This document shows, piece after piece, positions 54,969-64,000 of a stretch of DNA of 64,000 bases; within the stretch, counting starts at the first letter, position 1; every line of letters starts with the position of its first letter. The stretch is from Firmicutes bacterium UBA4795 (lineage in GTDB: Bacteria > Bacillota > Desulfotomaculia > Desulfotomaculales > Nap2-2B). Location of the stretch: NCBI GenBank assembly GCA_002402825.1, contig DHGP01000018.1, forward strand, positions 9,150 to 73,149. Reading direction: 5' to 3'. The translations under genes were made by a program, and so were the position numbers. The notes below the pieces were generated by a model. That model searched no databases and was not told the origin of the DNA. It saw only the letters and a list, made by a program, of their open reading frames with translations.

Positions 54969-55655
54969 TTGAAGTCTACGGCCGAAAAAGTAAGTGAACT
55001 GGAAAAGGCAATGATGGAGCTTGTTTACCAATCCAGGCTTACGGAAATGAGACTAAAACAATTAGCGGAGGAAATGATAGATTTCAAGGATGAAATGAAA
55101 GAGTTTAAGGATGAAATGAAAGAGTTTAAGGATGAAATGAAAGAGTTTAAGGATGAAATGAAAGAGTTTAAGGATGAAATGAAAGAGTTTAAGGATGAAA
55201 TGAGGGCCTCCAAGAAAGAAATGGATAAAAAATGGGGTGAATTGGCTAAAAAGATGGGCACCCTGATTGAGGATATTTTTATCCCTTCCTTAGACCTAAC
55301 CATAGAAAAATACTTTAACGTTACTCCACATGACGTAATGCCGCGCCGTAAAGTGAGAAAAAATGGTAAAAGCAAAACCATGGAAATAGATATCCTTGCC
55401 TTAGCCGATAACCAGGCCTTTGTGGTGGAAGTAAAGGCTTCACCAAACAGGTTAGAGTATGTTTATGATTTTATCGAAAAAATAAAAACCATACCTGATT
55501 TTATTCCGGAAATTAAAAACTACAAAGTAATACCCATCTATGCCGCCCTGGATATGGAAGAAAGAACCATAAGTCTCCTTACCAAAAACAATATTTACGC
55601 CATGATTTTAAGAGGAGACATTTTAGAAATAATTAATTTTAAAGACGTAAGTTAA
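54969..55655 (+). CDS. Coiled-coil protein with a C-terminal PD-(D/E)XK nuclease-like fold (DUF3782-like)
   Basis: The N-terminal heptad-repeat region includes (FKDEMKE)x6. The C-terminal EIDILA...VVEVKAS gives a D...ExK arrangement. TTG start. Confidence 0.5.
   Translation: MKSTAEKVSELEKAMMELVYQSRLTEMRLKQLAEEMIDFKDEMKEFKDEMKEFKDEMKEFKDEMKEFKDEMKEFKDEMRASKKEMDKKWGELAKKMGTLIEDIFIPSLDLTIEKYFNVTPHDVMPRRKVRKNGKSKTMEIDILALADNQAFVVEVKASPNRLEYVYDFIEKIKTIPDFIPEIKNYKVIPIYAALDMEERTISLLTKNNIYAMILRGDILEIINFKDVS
55083..55203 (+). repeat. 21-bp in-frame tandem repeat, ~5.8 copies, four of them identical
   Basis: TTYAAGGATGAAATGAAAGAG units begin at 55083, 55104, 55125, 55146, 55167 and 55188 (the last is partial). 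Confidence 0.95.
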
Positions 55656-55757
55656 TCCATGCAAAGTAGCCATAAAAAGTATGGCAAACTTCTCCAGGCT
55701 AGCTACCTAAATGCTTTTTTGAATATGGTATATAATAGCTAGAGGCGGTGAATATTA

Positions 55758-56570
55758 ATGCCCGGGTTACAAATAGCGGTATGTGTTAAATTTGTTCTCG
55801 ACCCAAAAGATGTATCTGAAGAAAGTATAGATTCTGCAACAGGCATAATAAATCGTGCTAAATACAAACTAGTCATTAATCCTTTAGACAAACATGCGCT
55901 TTTTGCCGCCCGTCAACTGCAAAAGGTAGCCGGAGGGGTAGTTACCGCAGTTAGCATGGGACCGCCTTCCATTGCTGAAGATTTAACCGAAATTTTATCC
56001 CTGGGTGCAGATCATGCTTTTTTACTTAGCGACTCGCTATTTGCCGGGGCAGATACATTAGCCACTTCTTACACCCTGGCCTGCGGCATTAAAAAGTTCA
56101 TCAGCAATTTTGATTTAATTTTATGCGGGGCCAAAAGCTTGGACGGAAGCACCGCTCAGGTAGGCCCTCAATTGGCAATTCATTTAGGGGTGCCTTGCGT
56201 AACCAACGTGTCCGCCTTAAGTTGGCAACAGAATGGATTTTTTAACCTCAGGATGAAGTTGGAAGACGGTTATTTATCTTTTACTGTCAAGCCTCCGGTG
56301 TTATTTACGGTAAACCGGAATCTTAACACGCCTCAACCACCAACGTTAATGGATATTGTTATGGCCCGAAGTAAAAAAGTTACTGTTATTTCTAACCAGG
56401 ATTTAGGCCTAGATTTAAATCATGTAGGACTAGCTGGTTCCCCTACCCGGTTTAAAGATATGTTTTACCCCCCGTCAAAGCGAAAAAGAGAGCTACTTTC
56501 AGGTTTACCGGAAGAAATGGTAAATACATTATTTCAAGAATTAAGAACGAAAGGCATTTTCGGCCAATGA
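55758..56570 (+). CDS. etfB: Electron transfer flavoprotein beta subunit
   Basis: DLILCGAKSLDGSTAQVGPQLA resembles the DGDTAQVG type seen in bifurcating Etfs (inference). Confidence 0.85.
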   Translation: MPGLQIAVCVKFVLDPKDVSEESIDSATGIINRAKYKLVINPLDKHALFAARQLQKVAGGVVTAVSMGPPSIAEDLTEILSLGADHAFLLSDSLFAGADTLATSYTLACGIKKFISNFDLILCGAKSLDGSTAQVGPQLAIHLGVPCVTNVSALSWQQNGFFNLRMKLEDGYLSFTVKPPVLFTVNRNLNTPQPPTLMDIVMARSKKVTVISNQDLGLDLNHVGLAGSPTRFKDMFYPPSKRKRELLSGLPEEMVNTLFQELRTKGIFGQ

Positions 56571-57550
56571 AACCTGAAATCTGGGTATTTATAGAAACAC
56601 GTTGGGGAGAAATAATGGCGGTAAGTATAGAGTTAATCGGCCAGGCGCGTAAGTTGGCCTTACAAAACTACGAGGTCGCAGCTATTTTAACGGGAGATAA
56701 CCTAAATCCCTTTTTTAGTCCGCTTTTTGAGGCCGGGGCTGATAAAATCTATGCCTTTGCCCATCCCGCTTTAGCCAGTTACCGCAACGACTTATATCCT
56801 AACCTTATCGTACAGTTAGCCAATAAATACAAGCCAGCCGTAATTTTTGTGGGTGCTACTACTGTAGGCCGGGACTTGGCCCCAGCAGTTGCGGCACTAT
56901 TAAACACGGGTTGTGTAGCTGATTGTTGCCAAGTATACTTTGACGCCAAGGGGGAATTGCTTCAAATTGTACCTGCTTTTGGTATCCATGCCATGGCTAC
57001 CATTGTCACTCCCAATCACTGGCCTAAGATAGCTACCGTACGCCCTGGTGTTTTTCCTAAACTAAAGGATGTTTCACGTACCGGTAAAATAGAATATTTG
57101 TCCCTTAGCTTACCTCCTGAAAGATTAATTTTTCATGAAGCTACACGCGAGACAATTTATCATTCCTCCTTAGTTGAGGCAAGCGTTGTTGTTGCTGGAG
57201 GCAGTGGTATAGGCAGTCAAGAAGGGTGGGACATGCTGCAAGAATTAGCCATGCTCCTGCATGGCGCTTTAGGAGGCACCCGTCCTGCCGTTGATGATGG
57301 CTGGATTCCGGAAAGTCAAATGATTGGGCAAAGTGGGCAAATTATTCGTCCGGATTTATATATTGCGGTAGGTATTTCTGGAGATATGCAGCATATGGTC
57401 GGGGCCCAAGATGCAAAGGTGATTGTGGCTATTAATAAAGATAAGCGGGCCCCTATTTTTCAACAAGCAGATTATGGTATAGTAGGTGATTATAAAGTAA
57501 TTATACCTCTTATGCTTAATTTTCTTAAAAATAAAGAGGAGGTTTTTTAA
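56567..57550 (+). CDS. etfA: Electron transfer flavoprotein alpha subunit
   Basis: C-terminal FAD domain PDLYIAVGISGDMQHMVG. Overlaps the etfB stop. Confidence 0.88.
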   Translation: MKPEIWVFIETRWGEIMAVSIELIGQARKLALQNYEVAAILTGDNLNPFFSPLFEAGADKIYAFAHPALASYRNDLYPNLIVQLANKYKPAVIFVGATTVGRDLAPAVAALLNTGCVADCCQVYFDAKGELLQIVPAFGIHAMATIVTPNHWPKIATVRPGVFPKLKDVSRTGKIEYLSLSLPPERLIFHEATRETIYHSSLVEASVVVAGGSGIGSQEGWDMLQELAMLLHGALGGTRPAVDDGWIPESQMIGQSGQIIRPDLYIAVGISGDMQHMVGAQDAKVIVAINKDKRAPIFQQADYGIVGDYKVIIPLMLNFLKNKEEVF

Positions 57551-57551
57551 G

Positions 57552-58697
57552 GTGAATTTTCAATTTACCGCCGAACAAGAACTATTACGTAAAGCAGTAA
57601 GAGAATTTGCGGAAACCCAAATTGCTCCTTTAGTAGATGAAATGGAACGAACAGACGAAATGCCCATGGAGTTGATTAAAAAAATGGCCAACCAGGGCTA
57701 TTATGGCGTCACGATTCCCCAAGCTTATGGAGGATCGAATCTGGGTCATGTGGCCCGGCTTATTATCCTGGAGGAAATTGGCCGAATTTCCGCCGCCGTA
57801 AGTATGTCCTTGCAGTGCCTTCAATTTGGCGGGGGTTGCCTTAATAGTTCAGGAAATGAGGCGCAAAAACAAAAATATATTCTTGATTTTGTCCAAGGGA
57901 AAAATATTGCTGCTGCTGCTATTACTGAAGCTACGGGAGGATCTGACCCTTCAGCCACTGCCACAGAAGCAATTGAGCATAAGGATTATTATCTTCTTAA
58001 CGGACGCAAGGTCTTTATTACTAATTCTAATATTGCCAACATGGCCGTTGTCTTGGCCAAAACAAAAGACGAACCCAAAAAAGAATTTAGTGCTTTTATT
58101 GTAGATAAAAGCATGGCTGGTTTTCGGGCCGGGCGAGTTGAAAACAAAATTGGTTTTAAAGGTTGTGGAACTGGTGAGCTAATTTTTGAAAACTGTAAAG
58201 TGCCCAAAGAAAATCTTTTAGGCAAACCCGGTCAAGGGTTAGCTATTGCCTTAAAAGGAATTAGCGAATACGGCCGGGTTGGTATTATTGGAGTGGCATT
58301 AGGAATAATGCGGGCTTCTTATGATGCGGCCTTAAAATTTTCTCGCGAACGGGTGATGTATGGAAAACCAATCAGCAACCTTCCTGCCGTTTATTACCGC
58401 ATTGCGGAAATGTACGCTGACCTTGAAGCCAGCAGGCTATTGGCTTACCGGGCCGTTTGGCTGCTTGACCAGGAAAAAAATGCCGATGTTGAAATAGCTG
58501 CAGCAAAATTTTTTGTTACGGAAGCTGCACTACGCTGCACACGTAAAGCAATGGACATCCACGGTGGTTATGGTTGCGTTAAAGAATACGCAGTAGAAAG
58601 GTACTGCCGTGATGCTCAGCTTTTAATTCCTGCTGACGGAACTAATGATATTCAACGGATGGTGGTTGGCCGCACTCTTACGGCCAGTAAAAAATAA
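57552..58697 (+). CDS. Acyl-CoA dehydrogenase family protein (catalytic-base position is Asp)
   Basis: 381 aa ACAD. The C-terminal AVERYCRDAQLLIPADGTNDIQRMVVGR aligns without gaps to PVERxxRDAKIxxIYEGTxEIQRxxI. Confidence 0.85.
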   Translation: MNFQFTAEQELLRKAVREFAETQIAPLVDEMERTDEMPMELIKKMANQGYYGVTIPQAYGGSNLGHVARLIILEEIGRISAAVSMSLQCLQFGGGCLNSSGNEAQKQKYILDFVQGKNIAAAAITEATGGSDPSATATEAIEHKDYYLLNGRKVFITNSNIANMAVVLAKTKDEPKKEFSAFIVDKSMAGFRAGRVENKIGFKGCGTGELIFENCKVPKENLLGKPGQGLAIALKGISEYGRVGIIGVALGIMRASYDAALKFSRERVMYGKPISNLPAVYYRIAEMYADLEASRLLAYRAVWLLDQEKNADVEIAAAKFFVTEAALRCTRKAMDIHGGYGCVKEYAVERYCRDAQLLIPADGTNDIQRMVVGRTLTASKK

Positions 58698-58735
58698 TTT
58701 AAAAAATAAATATTCAGAACCAGAATAATATTTAA

Positions 58736-58763
58736 TTGACAACAAAAAACTTAATGGTAAAAT
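58736..58763 (+). promoter_or_regulatory. Sigma-A-type promoter
   Basis: TTGACA, a 16-nt spacer, then TGgTAAAAT. Confidence 0.5.
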
Positions 58764-58822
58764 ACTTGTAATATCATCTTACCGAATTTTTGAAAGTCTT
58801 AAGTAAAAGAGGGGATAAAAAT

Positions 58823-59299
58823 ATGATTCCCGTTAGTGTAAAAGGAATTGCTTACGATGCTTCCGGCAATCCGGTGGTTCTTTTAATTGACCAAAAAGAA
58901 GAGCGGGTTTTACCTATTTGGATAGGTCCGCTAGAGGCCCACGCCATTGCCGTAGCTTTGGAGAAGGTAAACTTACCCCGCCCTTTAACCCATGATTTAT
59001 TGAAAAACGTTTGTGATCGTTTAAGTGCTCAGGTATCCCAAGTAATAATTAGTGACTTACTGGATAATACTTTTTACGCTGAAGTTCACCTGGTGTTACC
59101 AAAAGAAGAAATGATTTTAGACGCCCGGCCAAGTGATGCTATAGCTTTAGCCCTGCGTGCCACTTCACCTGTTTTTTTAAGCGATAAACTTACCAGTCAT
59201 ATGTTAAACATTAAAGATTTATTTGACGAAGAAGCCCAGGCTGAATTGCAAAAAATACTAAACACCAGCGAAGAAGAGGAAAAAAAGTTGCTGCACTAA
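58823..59299 (+). CDS. Bifunctional nuclease (BFN/DUF151) family protein
   Basis: MIPVSVKGIAYD...VLPIWIGPLEAHAIA...RPLTHDLL. ATG 58823 has an AGAGGGG SD. Confidence 0.75.
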   Translation: MIPVSVKGIAYDASGNPVVLLIDQKEERVLPIWIGPLEAHAIAVALEKVNLPRPLTHDLLKNVCDRLSAQVSQVIISDLLDNTFYAEVHLVLPKEEMILDARPSDAIALALRATSPVFLSDKLTSHMLNIKDLFDEEAQAELQKILNTSEEEEKKLLH

Positions 59300-60162
59300 C
59301 ATTGGTGCTCAGGATAAGAACCTAATATTCGTAACGAAAGAGTATGTTTTATTATTTCGTCCAGTGCTTCATGCACGTTTTTATCTAAACGATGGCCTAA
59401 AAAATCAATAAAAAACAAATAATCTCCCAATTTACGTTTGGCAGGACGGGATTCGATACGGGTTAAGTTAATGTTGCGCCGGGCAAACTCGGCTAAAATA
59501 CTGTAAAGCGCTCCGGGACGATCCTTAATTGTAACTATAACGGACGTCTTGCAACCAGGGACTTGTTCATTATCTTCCAATCCAACAACGATAAAGCGGG
59601 TAGCATTATCGGGATAATCATTTATATTACTAGCCAATATCTGTAAGCCATTATTTTCAGCTGCCAAAGTTGTTCCAATAGCTGCCCAAGGCTCATGGCT
59701 GCCGGCCACTAAAGCGGCAGCACTAGTAGTACTGCTTGTTTCTATGGTCTCTACGTCAGGAAAATTTTGTTCAATATAGTTCCTGCACTGAGCTAATGCC
59801 TGGGGATGAGAGATAATTTGCTTTAGGCTGGACGGCTTAGTACCAGGACGGACTAATAAGTGATGTATTACCGCTAGAATTATTTCTTTTTGGAAATATA
59901 TTTTAAAAAAGTTATGGGCCAGTAAGTCCAGGGTTTGGTTAACTGCTCCTTCTACCGAATTTTCTAAGGGCACTATTCCTGCCGTCACGATCCCTTTCTC
60001 CACGGCTAACAGCACTTTTTGCAGAGACGAAAAGGGAGTGAGCACAGCTTCTTCATGGTGCTTATTTTCAGACATTTCTTTTTTTATCTTTTCTTCAATA
60101 TAATAACGGGCTGCCAATTCAGAAAAGGTACCCGCCGGGCCAAGGTAGCCAATATTTAGCAT
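59296..60162 (-). CDS. pheA: Prephenate dehydratase with ACT domain
   Basis: NATRFIVV and TRIESRPAK motifs. Confidence 0.9.
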   Translation of the reverse strand: MLNIGYLGPAGTFSELAARYYIEEKIKKEMSENKHHEEAVLTPFSSLQKVLLAVEKGIVTAGIVPLENSVEGAVNQTLDLLAHNFFKIYFQKEIILAVIHHLLVRPGTKPSSLKQIISHPQALAQCRNYIEQNFPDVETIETSSTTSAAALVAGSHEPWAAIGTTLAAENNGLQILASNINDYPDNATRFIVVGLEDNEQVPGCKTSVIVTIKDRPGALYSILAEFARRNINLTRIESRPAKRKLGDYLFFIDFLGHRLDKNVHEALDEIIKHTLSLRILGSYPEHQC

Positions 60163-60202
60163 TATTATCTCCTTCCTAAAAAATACTGCTTCCCTTAAAA
60201 AT

Positions 60203-61144
60203 TTATTTTTTTGTTTTATTTTTTCGTTCTATTTCCTGATGGTACTTTTTAGCCGCGGTGGCTGCTATAGCACCATCAGCAACTGCCGTTACAATTTGAC
60301 GTAAGTTCTTTTTTCGCACATCACCAGCCGCAAATAACCCTGGACATTTGGTCCTCATTTCCTCGTCAGTAACAACATACCCTTGCTCGTCTAATGTTGC
60401 CAGGTCTTTTACCAGTTCAGAATTGGGCTGTGTCCCACCATAAACAAAAACTCCTGCCACCTCAAGATGCCGGCTTTCACCGGTACGCACATCTTTAACC
60501 TTAATTCCTGTTACCACTTCATCTCCGTGTATTTCCTTAACGGTATGATTTAAAATAAATTCTATCTTAGGATTTTCCTTGGCCCGGAGCAAGTTGATTA
60601 TTGCTGCTTGTAGTTCTTCTCTTTTATGGATAAGATACACCTTAGCTGCAAAGTTAGTCAAAAACAAAGCTTCTTCAACCGCGGCGTCGCTACCGCCAAC
60701 CACCGCAATATGCTTATCCCGAAAAAAGGCGCCGTCACAAGTAGCACAATAAGAAACCCCCCGGCCACGAAAATCATGTTCTCCTTTTACTTTTAGCAGC
60801 TTTGGTTGTGTGCCGGTAGCCAGGATGACGGTCTGCCCCTTTATTTCCTCGCTGCTTGTATTAACCATAAAGATACCGTTAGCCCAAGTTAGGGATTGTA
60901 CTTGGTCAATAATAAATTTTACCCCAAAGTGATGGGCCTGCTTTTCCATTTGCGCCATCAGCTCAGGACCGCTAATCCCATCTGCAAAGCCAGGGTAATT
61001 TTCAACCAGGTATGCGGTTGCCGCTGTTCCGCCAGGGACTCCTCTTTCAATTATAACGACGTCTAGATTAGCCCGGGCGGCGTAAATTCCTGCGGCCAAA
61101 CCTGCGGGTCCGCCGCCAATAATGATGAGTTCTCTTTTTTCCAT
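60203..61144 (-). CDS. trxB: Thioredoxin-disulfide reductase
   Basis: GGGPAG, redox CATCDG and GGSDAA. Confidence 0.92.
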   Translation of the reverse strand: MEKRELIIIGGGPAGLAAGIYAARANLDVVIIERGVPGGTAATAYLVENYPGFADGISGPELMAQMEKQAHHFGVKFIIDQVQSLTWANGIFMVNTSSEEIKGQTVILATGTQPKLLKVKGEHDFRGRGVSYCATCDGAFFRDKHIAVVGGSDAAVEEALFLTNFAAKVYLIHKREELQAAIINLLRAKENPKIEFILNHTVKEIHGDEVVTGIKVKDVRTGESRHLEVAGVFVYGGTQPNSELVKDLATLDEQGYVVTDEEMRTKCPGLFAAGDVRKKNLRQIVTAVADGAIAATAAKKYHQEIERKNKTKK

Positions 61145-61172
61145 CTTGTTTTTACCTCCGCATATTTTGTTT

Positions 61173-62078
61173 TTATTGTTTAACTTCTAAAGCCCTTGCT
61201 CCTGTCAGGCTAGGTTCCAAAACCATGGTCTTAGCTGGCACCCCATTTTCTTTAAAGGTTTCTTTCATCACCTGGGCAATATGTTCTGGATTACTATCAA
61301 CAAAAGCAGCTATAGCTGGGCCTGCTCCACTTAAGGTTACCCCTCGCGCTCCGGCCAGGCGAGCCGCAGCAAAAATTTTTTTCATTCCCGGAATAAGTTG
61401 GGCCCGGTAAGGCTGGTGAAGGCGGTCTTCCATAGCTGTAGCCAAAAAACTTAAATCTCCCTGGTGCAAGGCAGCTACTAACAAGGCTAACCGGCCCAAA
61501 TTAAAAACCGCATCCTGTAAACTTACCTGTTGGGGTAACGCTTCACGTGATTTTTTCGTTGCTAAGGGATAACCAGGAATGCCAATGATCACTCTTAACC
61601 CGGGAGGAGGTGAAATCTTCAGGCATTTTATTTCACTATCTACCGGAACAGAAACTAAAATTCCTCCGTAAATAGCCGGCGCCACGTTATCTGGGTGCCC
61701 TTCCATGTTTGCCGCCAGGGTAAGAATATCTTTTAAAGATAGCTTGCCGCCAGATAACGTATTGGCGCCAATTAAACCACCTACAATAGCGGCCGCGCTG
61801 CTTCCCAATCCCCTGGTCACCGGAATATGATTAATTAACTTTATTTTAAGACCGTTAAGGGGATAGTTTATTTGCTTAAACAAGCGCCATACTGCCTGGT
61901 AGACAATGTTTCTTTCATCACGGGCTATTTCTTTTGCTCCTTCACCAATCACTTCTATGGAAATGCCCGCGGCTTGTTGTTCTAGTTCAATAATATTATA
62001 AAGCTTAAGCGCCATTCCCAGGCAATCTAAACCGGGTCCAAGGTTAGCTGTGGTAGCAGGAACCTGGACGCGGACCAT
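61173..62078 (-). CDS. thrB: Homoserine kinase
   Basis: GHMP motif PVTRGLGSSAA. Confidence 0.92.
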   Translation of the reverse strand: MVRVQVPATTANLGPGLDCLGMALKLYNIIELEQQAAGISIEVIGEGAKEIARDERNIVYQAVWRLFKQINYPLNGLKIKLINHIPVTRGLGSSAAAIVGGLIGANTLSGGKLSLKDILTLAANMEGHPDNVAPAIYGGILVSVPVDSEIKCLKISPPPGLRVIIGIPGYPLATKKSREALPQQVSLQDAVFNLGRLALLVAALHQGDLSFLATAMEDRLHQPYRAQLIPGMKKIFAAARLAGARGVTLSGAGPAIAAFVDSNPEHIAQVMKETFKENGVPAKTMVLEPSLTGARALEVKQ

Positions 62079-62092
62079 AAAAATCCCCCATT

Positions 62093-63394
62093 TTAAACTT
62101 CTTCCCCTTCTACCCTAATAAAATTACATACTTCTTTAACTGCTGACAACTGGTTTATCAGATTTAGGGCTGCGCGGAAATTTTGTTCCTTAACCCGGTG
62201 GGTAACCAAAACAATTTCAGCCTGCTGGTCAAGGTTAAGCTTTTGAATTACGGAAGCCAGACTAACCCTTTTATCCCCAAAAGCATAAGCTATGGAAGCC
62301 AATACTCCAGGACGGTCATCCACTATTAAGCGTAAATAATACTTACATTCAACTTCTTCTATTGGTTTGATTTGTTTTTGAGCGTAACAGGTACACTTAA
62401 TAATTCCCGGTACTTTATACAAACGGTGGCGAGCAGCGTCCATAATATCCGCAACCACTGCACTGCCTGTTGGTAACGCTCCGGCTCCCTGCCCGTAAAA
62501 CATTGTATCCCCCGCCGCATCACCCCTGATGAAAATAGCGTTAAACACTTCATTAACCGCCGCTAAAGGATGACTTTGGGGTATAAGAGCCGGATGTACC
62601 CGTACTTCCACCCCTTCCGGAGTTTCTTTGGCCATCCCCAACAACTTAATGACATAGTTCAGTTCCCGGGCGTAATTAATGTCCCTGGCGGTTATACGGG
62701 TGATCCCCTCAACATATACATCGTTAATTGACACGCGGGTATTAAAAGCAATAGAAGCTAAAATAGCAATTTTACGTGCTGCATCCAACCCTTCAATATC
62801 AGCTGTCGGATCTCTTTCTGCGTAACCTAACTCTTGTGCCTCGGATAAAGCGTTGGTAAAATTAACCCCCTGATAGCTCATTTTAGTTAAAATGTAATTG
62901 GTCGTACCGTTAATAATCCCAATAACCTCTTTAATCTGGTTTGCCGCCAGACATTGCTTTAAGGGACGAATAATCGGAATACCGCCAGCTACACTGCCTT
63001 CAAAAAACAAATCTGCCTTCCCTGCGGCGGCAGCTTCAAAAAGTTCTTTTCCGTGTAAAGCAAGCAAATCTTTATTAGCGGTAACTACACTTTTACCACG
63101 TTCTAAAGCTGAAAGCACGTAATTTAAGGCCGGGTCTAGACCGCCTATTAACTCCACCACAATTTCTATTTCAGGATCTTCTAAAATATCACGATAATCT
63201 TTGGTTAAAAGGGCCGGTTCAAGCTCCAGACCCCTGTTTTTCGCTAAATCACGCACTAAAATACGGGTTACTTTAATTTCCGCCCCTACTTTTTGCGTAA
63301 GATTGTCTTTATTACCCGTCAGAATACGGTAAGTTCCTTGTCCTACAGTTCCTAAGCCCAATAAGCCTAATTTTATTATTGGAAACAAGCACAT
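62093..63394 (-). CDS. hom: Homoserine dehydrogenase with C-terminal ACT domain
   Basis: LGLLGLGTVG. The start is ambiguous: ATG 63394, or TTG 63388 which is better spaced from the AAGGAG SD. Confidence 0.9.
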   Translation of the reverse strand: MCLFPIIKLGLLGLGTVGQGTYRILTGNKDNLTQKVGAEIKVTRILVRDLAKNRGLELEPALLTKDYRDILEDPEIEIVVELIGGLDPALNYVLSALERGKSVVTANKDLLALHGKELFEAAAAGKADLFFEGSVAGGIPIIRPLKQCLAANQIKEVIGIINGTTNYILTKMSYQGVNFTNALSEAQELGYAERDPTADIEGLDAARKIAILASIAFNTRVSINDVYVEGITRITARDINYARELNYVIKLLGMAKETPEGVEVRVHPALIPQSHPLAAVNEVFNAIFIRGDAAGDTMFYGQGAGALPTGSAVVADIMDAARHRLYKVPGIIKCTCYAQKQIKPIEEVECKYYLRLIVDDRPGVLASIAYAFGDKRVSLASVIQKLNLDQQAEIVLVTHRVKEQNFRAALNLINQLSAVKEVCNFIRVEGEEV

Positions 63395-63502
63395 TACTCC
63401 TTTTACCAAAAAAAACTTAATGTGCTTATTATTATAACATTAAAGAATTTTAGAGGCAATGTTAGCTAATCAAAAATTCAATTAATTTATAAAGCTCAAT
63501 AA

Positions 63503-64000
63503 TTATATAATAATACAAATTATACCACCACCCTCGTTAACAATACGCTGCATAGTTTCTTGCAGTTTATATTGGGTATTTTCCGGTATCCGGTATAGTT
63601 TATTTTGAATACCCTCCCGCACTAGATCATGCAAGGATTTACCGAATATTTCTGACTGCCAGATTTTTTGGGGGTTTTCTTCAAATTCAGTCATCATGTA
63701 GCGCACCAATTCTTCACATTGTTTTTCCGTTCCAAAAATAGGAGTAATTTCAGTATCAATATTGGCCTTAATCAAGTGAATTGATGGGGCACTGGCTTTA
63801 AGTTTTACTCCAAAACGACTACCCTGTCTCATTAATTGGGGTTCTTCTAAAATCAATTCGTCTATACCAGGAATAACCACTCCGTAGCCGGATTCTTTCA
63901 CCTCCTCCAAGGCGCCGGCCACTTTATCGTACGCTCTTTTAGCCCCGGTCAATTCCTTAAATAAACGGTATAGCGAACGTTCATCATCCACCCGAAAGCC
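63503..64000 (-). CDS. spoIVA: Stage IV sporulation protein A, C-terminal part (5' end outside window)
   Basis: ...GYGVVIPGIDELILEEPQLMRQGSRFGVKLKASAPSIHLIKANIDTEITPI...NEGGGIICIII is the characteristic SpoIVA C-terminus. The ORF is open to the window edge. Confidence 0.85.
   Translation of the reverse strand, partial: GFRVDDERSLYRLFKELTGAKRAYDKVAGALEEVKESGYGVVIPGIDELILEEPQLMRQGSRFGVKLKASAPSIHLIKANIDTEITPIFGTEKQCEELVRYMMTEFEENPQKIWQSEIFGKSLHDLVREGIQNKLYRIPENTQYKLQETMQRIVNEGGGIICIII

Noticed and set aside
55083-55203. The regular 21-bp repeat array as a possible CRISPR array.
   Set aside because: The repeats are directly tandem with no spacers. They are in frame within a longer ORF with an RBS, and no cas genes are nearby.
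59296-59299. The 4-nt overlap of the convergent stop codons of the BFN gene and pheA.
   Set aside because: This is trivial convergent overlap (TAA/CTA sharing bases) and there is no evidence of regulatory meaning.

Overview
This is a 64-kb chromosomal window from a spore-forming anaerobic Firmicute. The class Clostridia assignment is inferred from gene content only: spoIVA, spoVB, a SpoVD/SpoVE-type dcw cluster, tRNA-Sec, NirJ-like haem genes and EtfAB. Gene order: (i) a minus-strand tetrapyrrole operon (radical-SAM, hemB, radical-SAM/SPASM, cobA-hemD, hemC, hemA, sirC, polyprenyl synthase); (ii) tRNA-Sec, then a cobalamin-riboswitch-like leader in front of sucCD; (iii) a roughly 10-kb decaying accessory patch with three unrelated IS remnants, corA, a broken Phd/PIN toxin-antitoxin pair and a broken type I R-M locus (hsdR stub, intact hsdS, a REP-associated tyrosine transposase, twice-frameshifted hsdM), followed by MoxR-VWA; (iv) a complete dcw cluster mraZ-rsmH-ftsL-pbp-murE-murF-mraY-murD-ftsW-murG-murC-murB-murA-ftsQ-DUF881-DUF881-sbp-ftsZ with no ftsA; (v) spoVB, an EF-G paralogue and argCJBDFG; (vi) a coiled-coil/PD-(D/E)XK ORF with a perfect 21-bp VNTR; (vii) etfBA-acd, a bifunctional nuclease, pheA-trxB-thrB-hom and the spoIVA 3' end. 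The most unusual signal is not a gene cassette but several families of short palindromic or heptamer-periodic repeats. Family A is a GTAG-headed REP (GTAGGGGCGTAT-loop-ATACGCCCCTAC): it occurs intergenically in the R-M locus and the arg operon, and also inside the coding sequence of the RAYT-like transposase itself. Family B is a related 32-nt element inserted in the same reading frame (peptide QASGRQDAYPT) into ftsQ, a DUF881 gene and the EF-G paralogue. Heptamer-array elements bracket the murD start, with one copy in frame inside murD, and fill the murB-murA spacer with Shine-Dalgarno mimics and anti-SD copies. murD appears to need a non-canonical ATA start. All calls come from reading the sequence and from remembered family motifs. 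No database search or folding program was run, and start codons are approximate where noted.
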